DNA of 12,278 bases from Meiothermus sp. (GCA_033762915.1 JANRLD010000106.1:1-12278), one strand, 5' to 3'. Counted from the first letter of the stretch, positions 1-7,415 are shown. Translations and numbers: made by a program. Notes: a model not told the origin generated them from the letters alone.

Positions 1-139
1 TCAACCAGGAGATCACCGCCTGGCAGAACCAGCGCAACCTAGGGGGGGGCACTGTTGTTTGGCGCTTCACCAACGAGCAAGCCCGCACCAAGCTCAGGCA
101 CCTTTATCCTTGCACCGCTTTAAGCTAGACGCAGTACTA
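1..139 (+). mobile_element. Right end of an IS630-family insertion sequence (partial)
   Basis: A transposase C-terminus ends at 128 and is followed by ACGCAGTAC|TA (TA at 138-139), consistent with an IS630 end plus TA target. The left end lies outside the window, so the inverted repeat cannot be confirmed. Confidence 0.7.
3..128 (+). CDS. IS630-family transposase, C-terminal fragment (5' truncated by window)
   Basis: Frame 3 reads NQEITAWQNQRNLGGGTVVWRFTNEQARTKLRHLYPCTALS*. This matches the W..RN.....W.FT...AR.KL..LYP tail typical of IS630 DDE transposases. Confidence 0.8.
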   Translation, partial: NQEITAWQNQRNLGGGTVVWRFTNEQARTKLRHLYPCTALS

Positions 140-379
140 CAGCGGTTCACGAGCTCGAGGCAATCTCGGAGCTTCCCAATGTGACACCTTGGACTCTGCC
201 CCAACTGCTGTCACTCCCCAGAAACCCCAGCGCAAAAAGCTCAGTGGCGAAGTCCGGCAGACAAAAACCAACCCGGATTTCAGGTGTTTTTGGAGGCCGT
301 GGGGCCAATCCCCTAAACATCAGGCCGCATGGCTGCGGCAAGAAACAGCTGAGTTAGGCCTTCGCGGCCAGAGTTTTCC

Positions 380-1345
380 TCAGCTCATGCGCACAACCTC
401 GCGCCTCGCCAGCGCCTCGAGTTCGTCGCGGTAACTGGAGTGTGGCAGCAGCCGCAGCGCGGCGAGGGCCTGCTCAACCCGCTCACGTATGGCGGCGGTC
501 ACCTCGAGGTCGGCCCCGCTTTCCACCGCCAGTTGCCTAAGCCGCTCGATGTCGCCCTCCTGCGAACCCTTGCGCTTGAAGATGGCATCCACCTCGCGTC
601 CGTACTCTTCCATTAGGCGCAGGGTTATGCGGGTAACCTTGCCTTCACGCACATCGCCCCCGGCGGGCTTGCCCAGCACTTCGGCGCTGCCCATCAGGTC
701 GAGGTAGTCGTCGCGCATCTGGAAGGCCTGGCCGTAGAGGGCACCGAAGTCGGCCAGGGCCTTGCACTGCACGCTCGGAGCGCCCGCCACCAGGGCCGCG
801 CCCTCGCAGGCCAGCTGCATCAGCGAGGCAGTCTTACCATAGATGATCTTCTCGTAGGTCTCGAGGCTGTAGTCGCCCAGTGCAGCCATCTGGAACTGCA
901 AAACCTCGCCCTCAGCCAGGGAGCGCGCCGCCTCGGCGCACAGGGCCACCAGCTTGATGTTGCCAATTTCGGCCAGCAGGGCCATCTGACGGGCCAAAAG
1001 GTAGTCGCCGGAGAGCACCGAGACCGCATTGCCATACTTGCGGAAGGCCGCCACCACGCCCCGCCGGGTCTCGGCGTTGTCGATCAGGTCGTCGTGCAGC
1101 AGGGCGGCAGAATGGATCAGCTCGACTGCCAGGGCCAGATTGATAGCGGCAGCGTCGTCCGAAAGGCCGGCCGCGCCGGAGGCCAGCAGGGCCAGCCGCG
1201 GGCGCACCCGCTTCCCACCCGCCGTGACCAGGTCTTCTTCAATCAGGCGGACAAACTCCACCTCCGAACGGATCACCTCCCGCAGCCTATCCTCAAAGGC
1301 CACGAGAAGCGCGTCCATGCTCTTGGTGAAGTCTTTCACGCTCAT
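380..1345 (-). CDS. Long-chain trans-polyprenyl diphosphate synthase (HepT/IspB-like; likely menaquinone side chain)
   Basis: GGKRVRP, first Asp-rich motif LHDDLID followed by TRRG, KTA, second motif FQMRDDYLD, GKPAGGD..EGK. Ala at the fifth position before the first motif suggests a long-chain product. Confidence 0.93.
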   Translation of the reverse strand: MSVKDFTKSMDALLVAFEDRLREVIRSEVEFVRLIEEDLVTAGGKRVRPRLALLASGAAGLSDDAAAINLALAVELIHSAALLHDDLIDNAETRRGVVAAFRKYGNAVSVLSGDYLLARQMALLAEIGNIKLVALCAEAARSLAEGEVLQFQMAALGDYSLETYEKIIYGKTASLMQLACEGAALVAGAPSVQCKALADFGALYGQAFQMRDDYLDLMGSAEVLGKPAGGDVREGKVTRITLRLMEEYGREVDAIFKRKGSQEGDIERLRQLAVESGADLEVTAAIRERVEQALAALRLLPHSSYRDELEALARREVVRMS

Positions 1346-1352
1346 ACCCAGA

Positions 1353-1358
1353 AGTATA
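1353..1358 (-). promoter_or_regulatory. -10 element (TATACT) of a probable leaderless transcript
   Basis: TATACT lies 7 nt upstream of the ATG at 1345 and there is no Shine-Dalgarno. Confidence 0.65.
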
Positions 1359-1509
1359 CCGAAAAACAGAGCGGCAACCCTGTCTTGGCTTTACTTTCAA
1401 GCATACAGGTTTTCTATTCGTTACCCGGATTCTGTCTCGCAAACCGCAAGCCGCGCTGCCCGACCCGGTTCGCAGCCCTGGGGCCCTTCGGCGTGGAGCC
1501 TCCAGCCGA

Positions 1510-1515
1510 TAGACT
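1510..1515 (+). promoter_or_regulatory. -10 element (TAGACT) of a probable leaderless transcript
   Basis: TAGACT lies 7 nt upstream of the ATG at 1523. Confidence 0.6.
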
Positions 1516-1522
1516 GTTCGTC

Positions 1523-1900
1523 ATGAGCGAGCCGACCCCCGACGCGCAGGCGAGAACCCTCGAGCTGGTCTTCCCAGAGCACGCCAACCCCGGCGGCAAC
1601 GCCTTTGGGGGGTTCGTGCTCGGACTGATGGATAAGGTGGGCAGTTACGCCGCCATCCGCCGCGCCCGCAAGCGCTGCGTGACGGTGCGGGTGGGCGAGG
1701 TGGTGTTCGAGGTGCCCATCAAGGTGGGGGATCTGCTAGAGGTAGTGGCGCAGGTGACCAGGGTGGGCCGCACCTCGATCACCGTGGAGGTCGAGGTCTT
1801 CCGCGAGAACCTCCGTGAGGCCAAGGTACTGGCGACCCGGGGCAACCTGACCTACGTTGCGGTGGACGGCGAGGGCAGGCCGACCCCGGTGGACGGGTAG
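1523..1900 (+). CDS. Acyl-CoA thioesterase, hotdog fold (YciA-like)
   Basis: LVFPEHANPGGNAFGGFVLGLMD, F..PIKVGD, VGRTSITV and YVAVD..GRP are YciA-family motifs. Start placed at MSEPT (1523) because the longer ORF overlaps the synthase gene. Confidence 0.9.
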   Translation: MSEPTPDAQARTLELVFPEHANPGGNAFGGFVLGLMDKVGSYAAIRRARKRCVTVRVGEVVFEVPIKVGDLLEVVAQVTRVGRTSITVEVEVFRENLREAKVLATRGNLTYVAVDGEGRPTPVDG

Positions 1901-2024
1901 CCAACGGCGGGACTGCCGACGTCCCCACACCCAGCGGACGGGACGGGGTAGGGGGAAACGCCGGGAGTACCTTTCGCCTACGTGCCGGTTGGCCCGGCCC
2001 GCGGGGCTTGGCGCACCCTATGTT

Positions 2025-3404
2025 TTACCAGACCCTCGAGTTGTCCAGGAGCGGCTCGGCCCGGAGCTTGCCGGGGTTGAGCAGGTTGTGGGGGTTGTAG
2101 CGGGCTTTGGCCCTCAGCACCGCCTCGCCGCCCCAGCGGGGGTCGGAGTCGAGATAGAAGCTGTGGGGGTCGGCCACGTGAATGCCAAGTTCCTCCCGCT
2201 TGGCCGTGGCGGCATAGACCTCGGCCTCGGTCTGGTAATAGATCAGGTCGAGGGCAGCCAGGCCAAGTGTGCCGCTCTGTAGGAAGTACTCGTGGTGCAG
2301 AGCCAGCTTCTCGCCGTGGAAGGCGCGCAAGACCGCGCACTGCCGGATCGCGGCCTCTGGGTCGGGGTCAAAGCGGGACTGGAGGTAGGTCCAGCCGGGG
2401 TCGTCCTTGAGTGCCCAGAGGGTGGTGTGGTTCCAGCTAAAGTCGGAGAGGCAGAACTTGCCCTTGTGGTACTGCTCGGCTGGGGCGGTGTAGGTGAGCC
2501 TGCCGCCGAAGGCGGCGGCCTGCTCGGCGACCTGGGGGGTTGAGCCCTGGCCCAGCTCGAGCAGCATGAGTGCATTCCCCTCGAGCACCCCTCCCGCCTG
2601 CGCCAGCGGGGAGAAGAAGCGCGGAATCGGCCACTCGCACATAGCGATTAGGCGCTTGTCTAGCCCGGCGTCGGTGGCCAGCAGGTGCCCCAGGCGCAGG
2701 GCCTGTCCATAGTCGGGGAGGCAGATAACCGCCTCTTCCCATCCGACCAGCGGGGCCAGGTTGACCTCCAGCTCCACAATCAGCCCGCTCTGGGCGTAGG
2801 CGTGAATGAAACCGGCGACGTCCTGGCCCTCGAGCCGGTACAGCCTGGCCTCGGGGGTCATCTCCATCACCGTGACGGACTTCAGGTAGTCGTCCCAGAT
2901 TACCCCGTGGCGGATCGAGCCCACGCCCCCGAAACCCCCGCCAATGAAGCCGCCGATGGTGGCGGTGGCCCAGGTAGACGGGTAGCACTTCAGCTCCCAG
3001 CCCGCCTCGCGGCCCAGGCGCTCGAGCTGGCCCATCCTGGTCCCGGCCTCCACCCGCATCACGCCTGTGGCGGTGTCAAAGCCAAGGATGCGGTTCATCT
3101 TGTGCATCGTCACCACCAGGCCCCCCTGGAGCGGCACGCACTGCCCGTAGTTGCCGGTGCCTGCGCCCCTGGGGGTGAGCGGGATGTGATGCTGTGCGGC
3201 GTACCGCACCACTTTTTGCAGTTCCTCGAGGGTCTGCGGGGCAACGACGACGTCCGCCAGCTTGTCGCCCAACTGCTCCCTCAGCACGGGCGAGTAGTAG
3301 AACGCATCGCGGGAGAACACCCCGACGCTCCTGGCATCGGTGAACACGTTCTTGGCCTCCACAATTGAACGCATGGCCTCGGCCAACTCGGTCTGGTCAG
3401 ACAT
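2025..3404 (-). CDS. FAD-binding oxidoreductase (FAD_binding_4/GlcD-like), substrate unknown
   Basis: PRGAGTGNYGQCVP..GG, VEAG, ATIGGFIGGG and C-terminal NPHNLLNPGKL. The start overlaps the upstream stop by 8 nt with GGAAGG upstream, suggesting translational coupling. Confidence 0.88.
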   Translation of the reverse strand: MSDQTELAEAMRSIVEAKNVFTDARSVGVFSRDAFYYSPVLREQLGDKLADVVVAPQTLEELQKVVRYAAQHHIPLTPRGAGTGNYGQCVPLQGGLVVTMHKMNRILGFDTATGVMRVEAGTRMGQLERLGREAGWELKCYPSTWATATIGGFIGGGFGGVGSIRHGVIWDDYLKSVTVMEMTPEARLYRLEGQDVAGFIHAYAQSGLIVELEVNLAPLVGWEEAVICLPDYGQALRLGHLLATDAGLDKRLIAMCEWPIPRFFSPLAQAGGVLEGNALMLLELGQGSTPQVAEQAAAFGGRLTYTAPAEQYHKGKFCLSDFSWNHTTLWALKDDPGWTYLQSRFDPDPEAAIRQCAVLRAFHGEKLALHHEYFLQSGTLGLAALDLIYYQTEAEVYAATAKREELGIHVADPHSFYLDSDPRWGGEAVLRAKARYNPHNLLNPGKLRAEPLLDNSRVW

Positions 3405-4620
3405 ACATCATCACCTTCCGCTGCTCCTCGCTACGGAGCTGGCCGTCCAGGATCACGTAGCGCTTGGCGACCTGGTATTGCAGCGCGTCGCGCCAGCTTC
3501 GGGCCTCGAGGACAACCAGGTTGGCCTTGCAGCCGACCTCCAGGCCGTAGCCGTACAGCCGCATCTCCGCCGCCGCCCAGCCCGTGACCATCTGGCGCAG
3601 CACCTCGAGTTCGTCCCCCCAGGCCAGGGGGATGAGGTGGGCGGCATAGTGGGCGGCCTCGAGGGGGTCGTTGCGGCCGAAGGGGTAGTAGGGGTTGTCC
3701 ACGTCGTCCTGGGCCACACAGACCCGAACTCCGGCGGCCAGCAGTTCGCGGACTCTTGTGTTGCCCCTAGGGATCGGCTGGCGGGTGGCCTGGCCGGTGA
3801 CCAGCTCGATGTGGCCATTGGAGATCACCGAGGCGCCTGCCTCCTTGATCAGGGCGATGGTTCTACGGGCGGTGGCATCGTCCTGAAATCCCAGCGAGCC
3901 GAGCTGGGTCAGGGTCAGGCGTTGGCGGTGTGCGAGGGCCAGCGCTGCCATGTGAGCGCCGGTGCTCGAGGTGGGGTCTTCGGTGTCGTCGGCCACCCCG
4001 AATACCGGCAGGTTGTGCTGCTTGGCGAGGCTGAAGGCGTACTCGGCGTGGAACTTGGCGTCGGCCTCGCTGGGCTCGAGCCAGGGCACCGCCCCCACGC
4101 CATCGCAGCCCATCTCCACGGCCTCGCGCAGCAGGTCCACATTGCGGGGGTTGCGCCCGAAGCCGTTCTGCGGAAACGGCACGATCTGCAGGGTCATGAA
4201 GGGGAACTCGGCCTGTAGACGCTTGAGCCCCTCGAAGGCCCGCAGCTCGGCCTGGTCGTCCACGTCGGCGAACAGGCGGACCGCACAGGTGCCATTCTGA
4301 ATCGCCAGGCGGACCAGAGCTTTACCGCGCGCGTAGACGCTTTCGGGGGTATAGGCCCGCTTGACGTGCCCCAGCGCCTGGAAGCGGTGCAGCGCCCTCA
4401 CCTCGGGAGGCTGGCGCTCGAGTTCCAGCGTCCAGAAGCTCTTGCAGGCATGCAGGTGGGGGTTGACAAAGGCAGGTTGGGTGACCAGGCCCTCGAGATT
4501 GATTTCGCGCACCGCCGAGGTGCTCAGGGCAGGCTCGAGAGCAGCGATGTGTCCGTCTTGAATCCCGACGTCGGCGGTCTGGCCGCTGGGCAGCGTGGCG
4601 TTGCGCAGGATGATGTCCAT
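3397..4620 (-). CDS. Amidohydrolase-superfamily protein (cytosine deaminase-like) with degenerate active site
   Basis: PAFVNPHLH, LQIVPFPQ, AQDDVDNPYYPFG and GLEVGCKANLVVL are present. The usual HxDE and S/DH motifs read VADD and TQ. Start placed at MDIILRN (4620), 6 nt after CACAAT. Confidence 0.85.
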   Translation of the reverse strand: MDIILRNATLPSGQTADVGIQDGHIAALEPALSTSAVREINLEGLVTQPAFVNPHLHACKSFWTLELERQPPEVRALHRFQALGHVKRAYTPESVYARGKALVRLAIQNGTCAVRLFADVDDQAELRAFEGLKRLQAEFPFMTLQIVPFPQNGFGRNPRNVDLLREAVEMGCDGVGAVPWLEPSEADAKFHAEYAFSLAKQHNLPVFGVADDTEDPTSSTGAHMAALALAHRQRLTLTQLGSLGFQDDATARRTIALIKEAGASVISNGHIELVTGQATRQPIPRGNTRVRELLAAGVRVCVAQDDVDNPYYPFGRNDPLEAAHYAAHLIPLAWGDELEVLRQMVTGWAAAEMRLYGYGLEVGCKANLVVLEARSWRDALQYQVAKRYVILDGQLRSEEQRKVMMYV

Positions 4621-4626
4621 GAACCT

Positions 4627-4632
4627 ATTGTG
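4627..4632 (-). promoter_or_regulatory. Possible internal -10 element (CACAAT), leaderless
   Basis: CACAAT is 6 nt before ATG 4620, the same spacing seen before tsaD. Confidence 0.45.
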
Positions 4633-4748
4633 CCCTTTCAGTGGCCGCAATGTGCGCAGCACGCGTTCGGCCGAATATGCGCGGGGCCTGAGCGGTGCTT
4701 GGGTCGAAGCAAAAGAGCCTCCAGCGGATAGGACAGAGACGGCGGCCT

Positions 4749-5960
4749 TCAGAACCACTCACGCCGCACCTCCTGCCGGAACACCAGCCGCCCGCCCTTG
4801 TAGACCCGCAGGCGCGGCGCGACCGCGGCCAGCGCGGCGTCAATGTCCGTCGCATCGAGGATCACCAGATCGGCCGTGCAGCCCGCCTCGAGGCCGTACC
4901 CCTCGAGGCCCCAGACCCTGGCTGGGCTGTGCGTCACCATCTCCACCGCCGCCCACCGGCCCTCTGGGCTGAGCAGGTTGGCGGCGTGGACGGCCAGGTT
5001 GGCCTGCCAGAGCAGGTCGTAGTTGCCCATCGGCTGGAAGGGATCGCGCACGTTATCCGAGCCCAGGGCCACATTTACGCCCGCCTCGCGCAGCGCTTTG
5101 ATTGGCATCAGGCCACGGGCGGGCGGCTGGCCCTTGCCCAGCAGCGCCAGGTTGACCGCAGGTAGCCCGATCATATGAATCCGGGCCCTGGCCACCTTCT
5201 CGATCACCCGCCGCTGCACTTCCAGCGGCTGAAAGGACAGCGAGCAGTTATGGTCGGAGGTCACCCGACCCTCCAGGCCCCGGGCGATCACCATCTCGCA
5301 CAGCGTCTCGAGGTCTTGGCGGTCGGGGTCTTCGTGCTCGTCCATGTGCAGGTCCACCGGCCGGCCGAAGCGCTCGGCCAGGTCCAGCGCCGACCGGATG
5401 CAGGCGGCGGGGTCGGGGGTGATGTGCGGGCAGCCGCCCACCAGGTCGGCCCCCATCTCGAGGGCTGCCGCCATAATCGCGTCGCCCTCCGGCGTACCCG
5501 GCTGCCCCAGGGCCACAAACTGCAGGCTGATCTCCTCGGCGAACTCCTCACGCAGCCCCAGCATCCCCTCCAACACCTCGAGGCCATTCGGGCTCTCCAT
5601 GTCCAGGTGGCTGCGCAGGTGCGTGGTGCCGGCCGATACGGCCTGCATGACCCCCATCCGCGCCCGCCGCAGGAAGTCCTCCCTGGGCCGGTGCTCCCGG
5701 GCCAAGCGCCAGCGCTCGATGGCCTCGGTCAGGGTGCCAGAGTGGTTCTCGAGGCCGTCCGCACCCAGCGAGTGGGTCTTATCGAGGTGGGTGTGGCTCT
5801 CCACGAACCCCGGAAAGATGGCCCGCCCCCCAAACTCCTCCCCCGGCAGCGTGCTCTGCCCTATCCGGGTGATGACGCCATTCTCCACCACCACGTCGGT
5901 CACCTCCCCGCGGCCGTAGAGGCGCACTTGCTTGAGGACTTTGTTCTTGCTGGTGGGCAT
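4749..5960 (-). CDS. Metal-dependent deaminase, CodA/AtzC/pterin-deaminase-like amidohydrolase
   Basis: Intact PGFVESHTHLDK, DLHMDE, SDH and LGSDNVRDPF motifs. Shine-Dalgarno GAGGAG lies 5 nt before the ATG. Confidence 0.9.
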   Translation of the reverse strand: MPTSKNKVLKQVRLYGRGEVTDVVVENGVITRIGQSTLPGEEFGGRAIFPGFVESHTHLDKTHSLGADGLENHSGTLTEAIERWRLAREHRPREDFLRRARMGVMQAVSAGTTHLRSHLDMESPNGLEVLEGMLGLREEFAEEISLQFVALGQPGTPEGDAIMAAALEMGADLVGGCPHITPDPAACIRSALDLAERFGRPVDLHMDEHEDPDRQDLETLCEMVIARGLEGRVTSDHNCSLSFQPLEVQRRVIEKVARARIHMIGLPAVNLALLGKGQPPARGLMPIKALREAGVNVALGSDNVRDPFQPMGNYDLLWQANLAVHAANLLSPEGRWAAVEMVTHSPARVWGLEGYGLEAGCTADLVILDATDIDAALAAVAPRLRVYKGGRLVFRQEVRREWF

Positions 5961-6078
5961 AGGGGCTCCTCGGATGGGTGGCGATTAGTGCAAACGGTTT
6001 AGGTCGGAATGGGCGGGTTCTGGTGGGCCAACTGCGAGGCAATCTGCTCGAGGGGGCTCACCCTTGTAGCTCTTCCGG

Positions 6079-6840
6079 TTAGCTTTGGCCCTTCACCTCA
6101 AACCTCGAGGCCTCTGCGATCCACTCCGCCAACCGCCGGGCCGAGCCTTCAAACCACTCCTTACCGGCCTGGGCGGTAGCAGCGTGGGGGTCGCCGAAGT
6201 GTCCCTCGGGCGACCAGTCTCGAGTCAGCCAGCCTACCTGCGGCAGCAAGGTCAGGTTGAACGAGCCGGGGGGAACGTCGGGATAGTGGGCAACGGGCAG
6301 AGGGTAGTGCACCAGGCTGGGCTCGAGGTGTTGCAGCAAGGCGGTCTCGACGGTGTTGGCGTGGATGCCGAAGCGCTGCTCGAGGGGCGGCAGCCCGGAG
6401 GTATCGTAGGCGCCCTGGACCAGGAAGCACAGCAGCCCGAGCTCGGCCCGAAGGTCGCGGCACATCAGCTCCAAAAGTGCCTTGTTGCCGCCGTGGGTGT
6501 TGAAAAACATCAGCCGCCGGAATCCCGCTCCCGCCACGGCGGCCGCGATGTCGCGCACCACCGCCGCCAGAGTGGTGGCTGATAGCGCGATGGTGCCCAC
6601 ATAGCCGGTGTGCTCGTTGCTCTTGCCGAAACTTTGCACCGGCAGATACCAGGCCGCCACCTCGTCGGGCAACAGGTCAAACGCCGCCTTGACCGTCCGT
6701 TCGGCGACGAGCGCGTCGGTCCAAACGGGCAGGTGCGGGCCGTGCTGCTCGACGGCCCCGACGGGCAACACCACCACCCCGGGGTCTTTGGGCAGGGCGG
6801 CGACTTCTTTCCAGGTGAGGTGATGGAAGGCTCTCTTCAT
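6079..6840 (-). CDS. Creatininase-family amidohydrolase (creatininase/ArfB/MftE fold)
   Basis: LPVGAVEQHGPHLP..TD, S.EH....GTI, NTHGGN, HA...ET and G.FGDP..AT...G. Start placed at MKRAF (6840). Confidence 0.9.
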   Translation of the reverse strand: MKRAFHHLTWKEVAALPKDPGVVVLPVGAVEQHGPHLPVWTDALVAERTVKAAFDLLPDEVAAWYLPVQSFGKSNEHTGYVGTIALSATTLAAVVRDIAAAVAGAGFRRLMFFNTHGGNKALLELMCRDLRAELGLLCFLVQGAYDTSGLPPLEQRFGIHANTVETALLQHLEPSLVHYPLPVAHYPDVPPGSFNLTLLPQVGWLTRDWSPEGHFGDPHAATAQAGKEWFEGSARRLAEWIAEASRFEVKGQS

Positions 6841-6966
6841 GCGAAAGGCTTGAAACGCTCCAGTGAAGTGAACGTTGGGCAACTCCAGAGTCCCGGATTG
6901 CGCCGGCACTCGTCGTGCACGGCGACGGCGAAGGGTGCCTTTCGCGGGCGTGGCGTGCGCCTAACC
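6841..6966 (-). promoter_or_regulatory. Structured 5' leader of the creatininase/deaminase cluster (candidate cis-regulatory RNA)
   Basis: Lies between a TATGAT -10 and the ATG. It has a perfect 9-bp complement to the 9 nt before the ATG plus competing local helices. I recognise no known riboswitch consensus. Confidence 0.4.
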
Positions 6967-6972
6967 GGTGGC

Positions 6973-6978
6973 ATCATA
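6973..6978 (-). promoter_or_regulatory. -10 element (TATGAT) for the creatininase cluster
   Basis: GCGG-TATGAT has the same upstream context as GCGG-TATGCT (AbrB-type gene) and CGG-TATACT (polyprenyl synthase). Confidence 0.55.
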
Positions 6979-7131
6979 CCGCGTCTTTATCCCTTCCGGT
7001 TTACTTCCACAGGGGCCGTAGGGCCGTTGGCGACAGCAGCGGCGCCCCCAACAAACCGCGCCGCGCAGCCACCCGTTCAGGGACTGTGGGGCGGGTCAGG
7101 CAGAGCCGGATGACCCGGACACTACCTGCGC

Positions 7132-7320
7132 AGAGCGGTTTCCACGCATACTCCTTACGGCGCTAAAGCGGGCGGTTTTTGCTGTAGAGCGGTTGCCACG
7201 AGCACTCGGTACGGCAAAGGCCGCCGTACCGAGTGCACTACTCCGCTTTAGCACAGGCTTTAGCGCACGCTTTAGCGCCTGCTTTAGCGCTGTACTGTGG
7301 GCGGAGGATGCGTGGGAAAC
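7132..7320. repeat. Nested inverted-repeat element (REP/MITE-like or structured RNA)
   Basis: 7138-7154 pairs with 7303-7320, 7156-7174 pairs with 7276-7294, and a perfect 14-bp hairpin forms at 7202-7215/7223-7236. Direct repeat AGAGCGGTT(T/G)CCACG occurs at 7132 and 7186. Confidence 0.75.
7245..7292 (+). repeat. Four 12-bp tandem units with core GCTTTAGC
   Basis: GCTTTAGC starts at 7245, 7257, 7269 and 7281. An inverted copy GCTAAAGC is at 7162-7169. Confidence 0.9.
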
Positions 7321-7382
7321 TCGATCGGAGTAGCTCGAGCCTGCCAGCGGAGGTGTTGCCAACCGCTGGGCTTTCAGCACCG

Positions 7383-7415
7383 GCGGGCGCCCATCGCCCG
7401 CGCACGACTTTTTTT
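7383..7415 (+). terminator. Possible intrinsic terminator
   Basis: GCGGGCG-CCCAT-CGCCCGC hairpin followed by T7 (7409-7415). The T-tract is 7 nt from the stem, which is atypical. Confidence 0.3.

Noticed and set aside
42..49. G8 run in the transposase as a frameshift or phase-variation site
   Set aside because: The reading frame stays intact through the run, with conserved motifs on both sides.
1094..1522. N-terminal extension of the thioesterase; likewise the extensions to 4758, 9425 and 12151
   Set aside because: They add non-homologous sequence and mostly overlap neighbouring genes. The shorter starts have promoter support.
380..1900. Thioesterase as a menaquinone DHNA-CoA thioesterase linked to the prenyl synthase
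   Set aside because: Its motifs are YciA-type rather than MenI-type, and no other menaquinone genes are in the window.
156..6045. Shared intergenic 11-mer CGAGGCAATCT at 156 and 6035
   Set aside because: About one such match is expected by chance among the intergenic regions, and the flanks do not align.
6955..7141. Group II intron remnant (GTGCGCC at 6955, GAGCCGGATGA at 7103)
   Set aside because: The domain V hairpin cannot be completed, and there is no domain VI or reverse transcriptase ORF.
7245..7292. CRISPR array
   Set aside because: The repeats are 8 bp with 4-nt linkers, far too short, and there are no cas genes.
7096..7380. 94-aa ORF with ALKQALKRALKP repeats, and the 7233 upstream extension of the secreted protein
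   Set aside because: Both are translations of the 12-bp DNA repeat. The real start at 7431 is supported by the signal peptide and -10 element.
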